A DNA stretch of 63,013 nucleotides, filler included, from Octopus bimaculoides (GCF_001194135.2; 8 parts of 8 records of this genome joined end to end with filler, not necessarily neighbours in it); one strand, 5' to 3'. Counted from the whole stretch's first letter, positions 40,336 through 51,024 are shown. Made by a program: numbers and translations. The notes: a model not told the origin generated them from the letters alone.

Positions 40336-41788
40336 ATGTATGATATTTCCAAATTGGACAAAGGACCTCAGGTTCTAAAGTCATTAGTACCAGATGATAA
40401 CACCGCAGAAACCAAAGTTTGATCTTTGATTCCAAAATAGAAATTACAACAACTATCACAACCAAAAAGACAACTCTCTTTTAGCTATGCTTTAAGTAAT
40501 TGCTTTTAGTTGTGAAATGGTCTTAATTTTTAATGCCTGTGGAAACTATGAATTAGTTTCAATTAAATGCAACCCATTTGAGATAATCTCTGAAACTAGG
40601 GATTGTCTTGGAGATAGATCTTACTTTAACAGGGATCATTAAAATGACAGCCCCTATATGTATATATATATATATGTTAGAGGGAGCGAGAAACTATAAA
40701 TCAGTTTCTCTGTTTGGGCCATTATGAAAACTGTTTTTGTATGTATGTATGTATGTATGTATGTATGTATAAATGTATAAAGCCACCGAAATCGGTCTGA
40801 CTGCTTGAAAATGTTCTATTTTATTTAGTTGTCAAAGCAATATCTTCTTTCATTTTTATTTGTATAAATATGGGTTTGTGTATGCGCGTGTGCTTGTATG
40901 TATGAGTGCGCGCGCGCGTTTGCGAGTGTATGTGCGTCAGAGTGTGTGAAGGTTCCCATGTCAACTATAAAGAAGTATCTTTGACGTCATGAGAAAGAAT
41001 TATATATTTAGTCTATTATTGAACTCGTAATCTAATGCATGTCACATATATGTTACGGGAAAGCCCTTTTAACAGTGCATATTTACGTATGGCTGACGTC
41101 ATAAAGACTATTTTTATGTGTGTATGTATGTATATATATATATATATAGATGGATTTGTGCGTGTGTATGTATGCCTGCATATGTGTGCTTGTCAATGTA
41201 AGCTCCTAATATATATATATATANNNNNNNNNNNNNNNNNNNNNNNNNNNNNNNNNNNNNNNNNNNNNNNNNNNNNNNNNNNNNNNNNNNNNNNNNNNNN
41301 NNNNNNNNNNNNNNNNNNNNNNNNNNNNNNNNNNNNNNNNNNNNNNNNNNNNNNNNNNNNNNNNNNNNNNNNNNNNNNNNNNNNNNNNNNNNNNNNNNNN
41401 NNNNNNNNNNNNNNNNNNNNNNNNNNNNNNNNNNNNNNNNNNNNNNNNNNNNNNNNNNNNNNNNNNNNNNNNNNNNNNNNNNNNNNNNNNNNNNNNNNNN
41501 NNNNNNNNNNNNNNNNNNNNNNNNNNNNNNNNNNNNNNNNNNNNNNNNNNNNNNNNNNNNNNNNNNNNNNNNNNNNNNNNNNNNNNNNNNNNNNNNNNNN
41601 NNNNNNNNNNNNNNNNNNNNNNNNNNNNNNNNNNNNNNNNNNNNNNNNNNNNNNNNNNNNNNNNNNNNNNNNNNNNNNNNNNNTATATAATGTCAAAGGA
41701 ATTCCACTTAAGTCGGAAATCTAGGCATATGCACTTGACGTCATAATGCATACATTATGAAGAGCCGTGACCTGGTGGTTACGCTGTA

Positions 41789-42140
41789 TGGAGGAAACTG
41801 TGGCCTGACTGCGTATGCGAAAACATGTTCAAGGGGCTTGAGTCCGACACTCCTGTAGTTGAGTAGATAGTGTCTTTTGGCAAGTCCATGGGCCACAAAG
41901 TTGACGAGGAACACTTAGAGGAGCTAACGACTGATGAACTCCTGCATCTTCAGCAGCAGCAGCAGCAACATTCTAGTGATGTGGGAGAGATTGGTTCCCC
42001 GGAAGAGGACAATGTAGCGGAGAGGGCCATCTCTACGAGTGACATAAAGGCAGTGTTGGCAAAGTGGAAGTTATGTTTCTGAATTTGTAGAGAAATATCG
42101 TCCGTAAAAAGTAGCTACAGGTCGTGCATCTGATTTATTT
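41789..42140 (+). mobile_element. Tigger/pogo transposase C-terminal fragment
   Basis: WRKLWPDCV..VVE*IVSFGKSMG..EELTTDELLHLQ..ISTSDIKAVLAKW..SEFVEKYRP*KVATGRASDLF resembles Tigger1-type C-termini. Confidence 0.75.
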
Positions 42141-42144
42141 AGTA

Positions 42145-42180
42145 ACTAGCAGAAATACCCGGCCTTGCTCGGGATTAAAA
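42145..42180. mobile_element. Possible Helitron/Helentron-type non-autonomous terminus
   Basis: actagc followed by a cccg..cggg hairpin, the shape of such termini; short, so weak. Confidence 0.3.
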
Positions 42181-42911
42181 TAGCATAGATTTTTTATTGC
42201 TTTACTTGTTTCAGTCATGTGACTGCGGCCGTGTTGGAGCACCGCTGTTGGTAGAAGAAATCAACCACAGGATTTATTAAATATCATCTGTAAAATGTAG
42301 CTGCCGGTCGTGCGTCTGCTGTATTTAATAATACTGATCTGACGCATTTTCGTAACAGTTTGAACGGCCAGAGAAAGCAGACGTCTGCGAGTGTATGTGC
42401 GTCAAAATAAGTATCTTTGACGTCATGAGAAAGAATTATATATTTAGTCTGTTATTGAACTCGTAATCTAATGCATATCACATATATGTTACGGGAAAGC
42501 CCTTTTAACAATGCATATTTACGTATGGCTGACGTCATAAAGACTATTTTTATGTGTGTATGTATGTATATATATATATATATAGATGGATATGTGCGTG
42601 TGTGTGTGTGTGGCTACATATTTGTACATATTTGTGCGTGTCAGTGTAAGCTCCTAATATATATATATATATATGTCAAAGGAATTCCACTTAAGTCGGA
42701 AATCTAGGCATATGCACTTGACGTCATAATGCATACATTATGAAGAGCCCGTGATCTGGTAGTTACGCTGTTGCTCTGACGACTGCAGGTTCGATCCTGA
42801 GAGTGGGCAGTGCCTATATCTCTCCTATAATAACAAAGATAAAATCTAACGAAATCCTAAGGATTTAATAATAGTTATGTATGTGTTTTTTCGTGTTTTG
42901 TTCGAAAGGTA

Positions 42912-42997
42912 ACCACTCCTGAAGAAGTGCCAAATGTCTAAATCCAATGGACCAGTCACTGGATAAGTTTGGCACAGAAATGTTAACATAGAGTGGT
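42912..42997 (+). ncRNA. Type I hammerhead ribozyme (CUGAAGA core, AUA site)
   Basis: Stem I accactc/gagtggt, core 42919-42925, stem II gtgccaaa/tttggcac, GAAA 42977-42980, palindromic stem III atgttaacat; A.A mismatch at the base of stem II. Confidence 0.75.
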
Positions 42998-43372
42998 GAA
43001 TAAATCGATATATCGAATTTGAAGTCTCTGTCTCTTTTAAATATGAAAATTTAAAAGTTAAAAACTTTATAATATAAATATAAACTGTGAGAACGACCCT
43101 TANNNNNNNNNNNNNNNNNNNNNNNNNNNNNNNNNNNNNNNNNNNNNNNNNNNNNNNNNNNNNNNNNNNNNNNNNNNNNNNNNNNNNNNNNNNNNNNNNN
43201 NNNNNNNNNNNNNNNNNNNNNNNNNNNNNNNNNNNNNNNNNNNNNNNNNNNNNNNNNNNNNNNNNNNNNNNNNNNNNNNNNNNNNNNNNNNNNNNNNNNN
43301 NNNNNNNNNNNNNNNNNNNNNNNNNTATATATATATATTCGGTTAAAATGTCTTACGTTTAAGCTGGTTCCC

Positions 43373-43477
43373 ATGCATTTTCCTGAAGAGAAGATTACAT
43401 TCTTATCAACATCACCTATTCCTATGGAAGGTATAATTTGTAATCTTCGAAACATATGTTGGAAATAAAAGTATGCA
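43373..43477 (+). ncRNA. Type I hammerhead ribozyme (CUGAAGA core, GUU site)
   Basis: Stem I attttc/ggaaat, core 43383-43389, 10-bp stem II gaagattaca/tgtaatcttc closed by G-C, GAAA 43449-43452, palindromic stem III acatatgt. Confidence 0.8.
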
Positions 43478-43687
43478 GTTAACATATACGTTTTACTCCA
43501 TTTACTAAATATATATATAAAAACATACCATTGTTTGTGTATGTTTATGTTTGTGTGCGTGCATATGTGTGTTGTCGACGCCTAATGAAATTTATAAATA
43601 AAGGTCTAGACGGTAGGATGTAAAAACTGTACTGAAACCCCTTCCACAAAGGAAGGATCGAATGCTGTATGTATGTGTGTCCTCTGT

Positions 43688-44068
43688 AGGGTAATGCTGG
43701 ATAGATTGCTTCTGCACATTGCTGATGAGGTTCTACCAGAATCGCAATGTGGGTTTAGGGATAGTAGGAGTACTGTGGATATGATATTTTCGGCTACACA
43801 CTTGCGAGAGAAGTGCATCGAACAGGATATGGTCTTATACCAGGTTTTCATCGACCTAACAAAAGCGTTTGATTCTATCAATAGAATTGCACTTTGGGAG
43901 ATCCTAAAAAAGCTAGGATGCCCTGAAAAAATTTGTAAGAATGCTTAGACAGTTTCATGACAAGAGTTAATGTTGGAGGTACCTTATCAGATCCAATTTC
44001 TGTAGAAAATGGTGTAAAGCAAGGTGATATTCCTGCTCCTACACTGTTTGCTATATATTTCGCAGTAC
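43688..44068 (+). mobile_element. RTE (BovB-like) LINE reverse transcriptase fragment
   Basis: LPESQCGFRDSRSTVDMIF..FIDLTKAFDSINR..LWEILKKLGCPEK..NGVKQGDIPAPTLF. Confidence 0.9.
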
Positions 44069-44589
44069 GTATGAATGTGCGTATGTATGTATGTGTGTGG
44101 GTGTATATATACGCGCGTAACTGTGTCAAGAGTACCTCCTATGTGCTATAAATAAATATCGTTGACGTCATAAGACACTATATATAAATCTATATACTTA
44201 TATATTTCTAAAGAAATCGTGACATCTTTCTTACTGCTAACCATTCAACTTCAAATTACAATTGTTAATTGTTGAAAATCAAGAAGACTGAGATGTACTG
44301 AGATGTTATCGTAAAGTGTACAAGTTCAATACGAAATGTTGAATTCGTTATTTTGTGGTTAGTAATTCATTACCTTAAATTTGAAGCCTTTAGGTCTTTA
44401 AACATTATTTTACTAGGTTTTGGCTTTCGACTGTCGCCATGATGGCGTATCAATCGCCTTCAAGAATTTAATTGATCATACTGACCTCAGTCCGTATTTC
44501 AATCTGGCATTTATTTTATAGATCTCTACTTGATGAACTGCTAACTTTGAGACATAGTGGGACACAATATTCGATTTAACAACAGATGT

Positions 44590-44645
<56 letters not shown>

Positions 44646-45506
44646 TAGGGCCATGTACGACTGTATGGTTGAGAAGTCTGCTTCCTAACCACATGGTTTC
44701 ACGTTCAGTTCCTCTGCATGGTACCTTGGGCTTCATACACTCGCGCGCCGATTCTGCCTATAAGAAAGGAAAGAACGATACAATGTAGCCGTAGGTCCAT
44801 AACACTCTGGCAACGCCGGGGTGCATTGCTTCTGTGTGTGTGTGTGTATTTGTGTGTATATATGTAAGTGCGTGTGTGTATGTATTTGTGAGAGTGTGCA
44901 CCCATGCTTGTATGTATATGTATGTTGAACAAGCAGTATCCTTGGGTGGAAGGTGCCTGTCTTGTTTTATGTTCTTGTGTCTCCTCTGCCTTCGCCATCT
45001 TGTGCACCCAGTTGACCCGTCACATGTAACCCTAACCCTAATGTCTTCGTACCATTGTACGTCTGTCTTCCCGTCCGTCCGTCCGTCCGTTCGTCTGTCT
45101 GCCTTTCTGCCGGTGAATTTTTATGTCCAACACGGCTTGAACACCACGTCAGAGATCCTCTCCAACCTATTGACATGATCCACAGACATGGCAAGATACT
45201 CAGTGATAATATGACTACTTGCAGGCTTAGGAGTGTGAGTGCGCCATGATCTCAAGTGCAAGCTAATGGCGCCCGAAATGTCCAAGGTCATTCCTTGCAC
45301 GTCTGGCTTTATATTGGAGTGGCCTTCTCCGAGAGACATGCTTTAGCAACAGCTGAGGAGTGCTTCATCCTCAGCGGTCTTATTGCACGCACGCACGCAC
45401 GCACGCACACATACATACATACAAAGGTTTGGTTGAAGCAACAACATAAGTAGAACTCAGAATATGAGTGTGTGAATATATTTTCTATTATTCTGAATCA
45501 GCAGAA

Positions 45507-45571
45507 ACTTAGAAAAGTCACGCATTGACCGAGTGTTTCGTGTGTGGCACTCATCAGACTGTTTTCTAAGT
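45507..45571 (-). ncRNA. Type I hammerhead ribozyme (canonical CUGAUGA/GAAA/GUC)
   Basis: Minus strand reads acttagaaaa-cagt CTGATGA gtg-ccaca-cac GAAA c-actcg-GTC aatg-cgtgac-ttttctaagt; 10-bp distal stem I with a 6-nt bulge. Confidence 0.8.
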
Positions 45572-45675
45572 CCCATACAAATACTCTCGACTGTTGTGTC
45601 AATGGTTGCTTTCTGTTATGTCGCAACCTGTGTCACCAAGACAGCTCTAGCATTGTCAAAACAAACTCGCCGATC

Positions 45676-45790
45676 TTTGCTCGAGATAATAAACTAAAGG
45701 ATATAATCACGGATCGAGCTATGATTCTAAGTAAAAGACAGCCGGAAAATCCTGAAACAATTATTAACAAAGGCAATGTTTGACATAAGC
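45676..45790 (+). mobile_element. Penelope-like element coding fragment (linker before GIY-YIG)
   Basis: With one frameshift reads FARDNKLKDIITDRAMILSKRQPENLKQLLTKAMF, resembling the PLE motif SKRQP.NLK.LLT.A.F; lies beside a hammerhead. Confidence 0.45.
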
Positions 45791-46400
45791 AACAATGACG
45801 AATCATTCATTGTACCTAAATACAATGATAACTTGTGGAGGCGCAATGGCCCACTTGAATACTGGGGTCAATGCAATCGACATACCCCCTTCCACCAAAT
45901 TGCTGGCCTTGTGCCAAAATTTGAAATCATTATCATTATTATCATTATTATTATTATTATTATTATTGTTAGGGCGGCGAGCTGGTAGAATGGTTNNNNN
46001 NNNNNNNNNNNNNNNNNNNNNNNNNNNNNNNNNNNNNNNNNNNNNNNNNNNNNNNNNNNNNNNNNNNNNNNNNNNNNNNNNNNNNNNNNNNNNNNNNNNN
46101 NNNNNNNNNNNNNNNNNNNNNNNNNNNNNNNNNNNNNNNNNNNNNNNNNNNNNNNNNNNNNNNNNNNNNNNNNNNNNNNNNNNNNNNNNNNNNNNNNNNN
46201 NNNNNNNNNNNNNNNNNNNNNNNNNNNNNNNNNNNNNNNNNNNNNNNNNNNNNNNNNNNNNNNNNNNNNNNNNNNNNNNNNNNNNNNNNNNNNNNNNNNN
46301 NNNNNNNNNNNNNNNNNNNNNNNNNNNNNNNNNNNNNNNNNNNNNNNNNNNNNNNNNNNNNNNNNNNNNNNNNNNNNNNNNNNNNNNNNNNNNNNNNNNN

Positions 46401-46705
46401 GGGTGTTTATTGAGCGAAAACACTTAAAGCTCCACGAGGCTCCGGCAGGGGATGGTGGCGAACCCTGCTGTACTCTTCCACCACAACTTTCTCTCACTCT
46501 TACTTCCTGTTTCTGTTGTGCCTGTAATTCAAAGGGGCCAGCCTTGTCACACTCTGTGTCACGCTGAATATCCCCGAGAACTACGTTAAGGGTACACGTG
46601 TCTGTGGAGTGCTCAGCCAGTTGCACGTTAATTTCACGAGCAGGCTGTTCCGTTGATCGGATCAACTGGAACCCTCGACGTCGTAAGCGACGGAGTGCCA
46701 ACAAC
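46401..46705 (+). mobile_element. SINE family C
   Basis: Matches 29500-29665 and the reverse complement of 26657-26748. Confidence 0.8.
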
Positions 46706-47355
46706 AATGATAATTTAAACTAAATATATTTATGGTAATAGCTCAAACCTACACAGAATACAAAAGACCTTTAAACTTCTCTATGTCACGATGTAAGATT
46801 TTTTTTCTACCCTGACGTCAGAGGCTCAATTTATCCACTGTTTATTTGCTTCCTTTACTAGCTGCATATTTTGGTGATATACATCTACCAACATTATGAA
46901 GCATCTCTGACACCCCAGAAACAGCTGTTGGACTTATAACACCTTAATTCTTCCTCTTTAATTTTCTCTGTCGTTTATACTCCGTGTAAGTTCGATCTAT
47001 GTGTGTGTGTATATATANNNNNNNNNNNNNNNNNNNNNNNNNNNNNNNNNNNNNNNNNNNNTTAATTAATTAANNNNNNNNNNNNNNNNNNNNNNNNNNN
47101 NNNNNNNNNNNNNNNNNAATAGCATAAAAAAAACAAAAATTAAAATGTACCAGTGTACCCGGATGATGCATACGTAAGAACAAATTCAAATATGAACGAG
47201 AAACAGTACTAGTGGTGTAAACATTATCAAACACACAGACTCGATATATGTGCTTTGCTTGTTTGCCGGTATGCTGCGATTTGATGTGGTGGAGACGACT
47301 CCATCAATGCACTGGGTGTTAAAACACCTGAAAGTCAAAGACTGGTTTGGGTACA

Positions 47356-47400
47356 TGATGTTGATGAGCCACGAAAAGGGTGAAACATCGATGTCCATTA
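47356..47400 (+). ncRNA. Slightly decayed type I hammerhead (core UUGAUGA, GUC site)
   Basis: Stem I tgatg/catta, stem II gcc/ggt, GAAA 47382-47385, palindromic stem III acatcgatgt identical to the 21984 copy. Confidence 0.65.
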
Positions 47401-48311
47401 CTGCCAAATGGGATTTGTGGGGGGGGGTTGTCTCGCCCGTCTTCTCTGAGTACTCACCAGTTCCTAATTAATTATATTAAAAAAGAAAAATTTAAAAATT
47501 GGAAAATATAAATTTAAAAAAAAAACATGAACATAGTCATATATTTAATGAAACATGCATAAAAGCAAAATGTATATTTTTATACATATACACATATACA
47601 TACATACACACACTCACTTCTCTGGTTATTGGCTAATTGCTATTCAAGCATGAAACCTACTGTCAGCCCACCCATATACCTGCATGCCTGCCTGTCTGTC
47701 TGACTCTAATGTCTGTCCACCTCTCTCCCAATTAGTACAAGGTTATTCATATTTAACAACTGCTGTCTTTCAATCAATGGAGAAGGCTCTGCCAACTAGA
47801 AATAGTTTAACCACATTCCTACTTTATACCTTCTCTCTCTCTCTCTCCCTTTCTCTCTCTTTCCCCTCCCTCCCCCTCTCACAAACACACACACACACAC
47901 ACTTTGCCATGTGGTACGAGCTCCACACCTCACTCCTTTCCACTCAATTGTTCCCGATCTTTTATGTACATATATCTTTTTTTTTACAAATTATGCTCGA
48001 GAAACTAAACTAGTATTACAAGCTAGATAGTCATCAAAATATCAAATATCGAAGCTATTTAATCAAGAATGCCATGTGTGTGTGTGTGTGTGTATGTGTA
48101 CATGTGTGTGTGTGTGCATACGTGTGTTTAGTCACAGAGTCTAGGAAAAAAAAAAGCAAAAACAACTTTTTTGTTATCATCGATGGCGCCATTTTGCTTC
48201 AGTGTTTTAGCATTTACTAATCACTTTAAACTCCATACACCCAGTTTTTTTCTTACTTTCTTTGGCCTTTTTCTCTTCTAATGAAGATTACACATACACA
48301 CATGCATGTGT

Positions 48312-48560
48312 GTGGTTAAGAAGCTTGCCTAGTAACCATCTAGTTTCAGGTTCAGTTCCACTCTGTGGCACCTTGGGGTGTATATCTTTTACTATAACCT
48401 CAGACAGACCAATTTCATGTGAGTGAATTTGGTAGACAGAAACTGTGTGTAAGCCCATTGTGTGTGTGTGTGTGTGTTTTACCTACCCATACTACTTAAC
48501 CTGTGTTGGTTTGTGCTCATCCCTTAAACTCAGCAGAAGAGACCGATAGAATAAGTATCA
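48312..48560 (+). mobile_element. SINE family B (diverged)
   Basis: gtgtggttaagaagcttg..ggttcagttcca..ggcaccttgg..gaccgatagaataagta. Confidence 0.7.
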
Positions 48561-48598
48561 AACATGAAAAGCACCAGGGAAAATTTGCTCCACTAAAT

Positions 48599-49385
48599 CA
48601 GGGATTCTCAACCATTTTTTTTATTATGGACCCCTTCAATTACTACTTTATTCTGGTGGCCCCCTATAGTCATTCAATGCTTAAAAACTAGTTTTATAGA
48701 AACTTTTCAAAATCCCTATTTTTTTTTTTTGTCACACATTCACTTGTATAGATTGAACTTTGTAAAATGTTAGAGAAAGAAACCTAGCTGTTTCTTGCAA
48801 TACATACCAACACATACATCTAAATCAGGGGTTCTCAACCATTTTTATTCTATGAACCCTCTTTGATTACTATTTTATTCTGGCGGACCCTGCTATAGCC
48901 ATTCAGTATTTAAAAACTAGTTTTATAGATACTTCTTTCAAAATACCTATTTTGTTATTCAAACATTAACTTGTGTTGGTTGAATTATGTATAATGTTAG
49001 AGAAAGAATCCTAATTGTTCCTTGCAATACATACCAATACATACATCTAAAACAAAATTTTTTCAGGGGCCCTTAAAATGCTACAGTAGGTCCCCAATTT
49101 AATATTTTGCTTGCTTGGACCCCCTTTGATTACTTTTCTATTCTGGTGAACCCTTCTTTCAAAATTCCTATTTTGGTTTTTCGCACATTAACTTGGGTAG
49201 CTTGAATTATGTCAAATGTTAGAGAAACAAGCTTAGCTGTTTCTTGTAATACATACCAATACATACATCAAAATCAGGGGTTTTCAACTATTTTTTTTAT
49301 CTATGAATCCCCTTTGATTACTATTTTATTCTGGTAGGTGCCCATAGCTATTCTATGTTTAAAGACTAGTTTTATAGATGCTTCT
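48599..49385 (+). mobile_element. Nested/tandem array of hAT/Charlie-like MITE units (~227 bp)
   Basis: TIR-like caggg(a/g)tt(c/t)tcaac at 48599, 48826 and 49275; internal sequence repeated about 3.5 times. Confidence 0.8.
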
Positions 49386-49712
49386 GTAGTGGTTATATAT
49401 AGTCAGCACAAGGTGTTGATGTGGTTGTGTGTATGTTATAACAATAGTTCATAAAGAGGTGAAAGAATAAATTCAAGATCTATATATTTACATAAAAATA
49501 TATTTTATTTACTGGTCAATGATGATACATAGAATCAAAATGTAGAATGTAGTTGAATGAAATAATCTCTGCAAGAAAGTTTAGAGGTAGAAAATGTAGA
49601 AATAACAGCTAAGTGGTGGTTTTCAGTCATGTGGTGTAGAGAAATAGATGGACATAGCAATAACATGAATGGCTTTAAGTCTAATTGACTAAGAAGTGAA
49701 GAGCTGGGTTTT

Positions 49713-49990
49713 GATCGTTACCAGCCTTACTGGCACTTGTGCCGGTGGTACATGGAAAACACCATTTGAGCATGGCTGTTGCCAGTACCACGTGACTGGC
49801 CCTCATGCCGGTGGCGCATAAAAGCACCCACTACACTCTTGGAGTGGTTGGCATTAGGAAGGGCATCCGGCTGTAGAGACTCTGTCAGATCAGATTGGAG
49901 CCTGGCGCAGCCATCGGGCTCACTAGTCCCCAGTCAAACCGTCCAACCCATACCAGCATGGAAAGTGGGTGTTAAACGATGATGATGATG
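49713..49990 (+). mobile_element. RTE LINE 3'UTR with (GAT)n tail
   Basis: aaaagcacccactacactcttggagtggttggcattaggaagggcatcc..ccagcatggaaag..gttaaacgatgatgat matches 56820-57010. Confidence 0.8.
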
Positions 49991-50089
49991 CTAATGATGA
50001 TTTACCTGTCAGTAAATGTTCAGCTTTTATCTTTAAAATTCTGTTATTCAAGCAACCCCTCCAAATTATTATTTATACATATATATAAC

Positions 50090-50121
<32 letters not shown>

Positions 50122-50147
50122 CAACAGCAATTATCATTATTATTGTT

Positions 50148-50652
50148 GACTGAGAGAGCATTGCATACCATCAATGTGACACTGGGATAAAACATATGAA
50201 GCCCAGTATACCTGTCATGATGACCCGTCTGATAAGGGTACACCAGGCACATGCATCACAACCCTATTCGTGTGACATGGTGATCTTGTATCAAGATAAA
50301 CAGTGCATGACATTGCAGGTGGGGCTCAATTAGAATTTTCTTCTGATTGAGTAGCCCCTCCAGCTCAAAAGGTCCCTGAATAAGGGTTGTTTAAGGATGT
50401 TGAATGAAACACCCATGTTTCCAGAGGTGAATTATTCAAACCCCAAACAGTTCCTCCACTACCTCTGCTTGTTATCAGAGATGCACATATCAGCCATCAA
50501 GGGACATGCTCAACTGATTAAGGTCAAACAACTGACAAGTAAATTTGTGGTATTGAGCAGAATATTTGCTGTAGCCCATTTTTATAACAAGACAAAACAT
50601 GTAACTACCAATCAGTTAAGATCAGAAGCCATGTGAGTCAGTACCTGATATT
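50148..50652. repeat. Unclassified ~540-bp interspersed repeat, copy 2
   Basis: Collinear with 3454-3990. Confidence 0.8.
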
Positions 50653-50667
50653 GCATCAGGGCATTTA

Positions 50668-50862
50668 TCTGGCAGAATCGTTAGCACACCAAGTGAAATG
50701 CTTAGCGATATTTCGTCTGCAGCTACATTCTGAGTTCAAAGTTCACTTTGTCTTTCATCCTTTCAGGGTTAGTAAAATAAGTACCAGTGAAACACTGGGG
50801 TCGATGTAAGCAACTAGCCTCCTCCCCAAAATTTCAGGCTTTGTGCCTATAGTAGAAAGGAT
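50668..50862 (+). mobile_element. SINE family A with long (ATT)n tail (50863-51022)
   Basis: ctggcagaatcgttagcac..gagttcaaa..gtagaaaggattatt. Confidence 0.85.
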
Positions 50863-50864
50863 TA

Positions 50865-50950
<86 letters not shown>

Positions 50951-50972
50951 CATTATGATTATTATTATTTAT

Positions 50973-51024
<52 letters not shown>

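Larger units (their letters stand above)
40922..42771. repeat. Local direct duplication (~360-bp unit at 40973-41787 with gap and 42409-42771)
   Basis: The two blocks are collinear and nearly identical apart from microsatellite length. Confidence 0.88.
40982..46820. promoter_or_regulatory. Cluster of 8 perfect CRE palindromes (TGACGTCA)
   Basis: At 40982, 41094, 41736, 42418, 42530, 42719, 44163 and 46813. The motifs are certain; regulatory function is only inferred. Confidence 0.35.

Noticed and set aside
46740-46800. AQTYTEYKRPLN as a candidate penultimate COX exon
   Set aside because: Only vague similarity to QPFNEYRKRF, with no flanking COX motifs or convincing splice sites.
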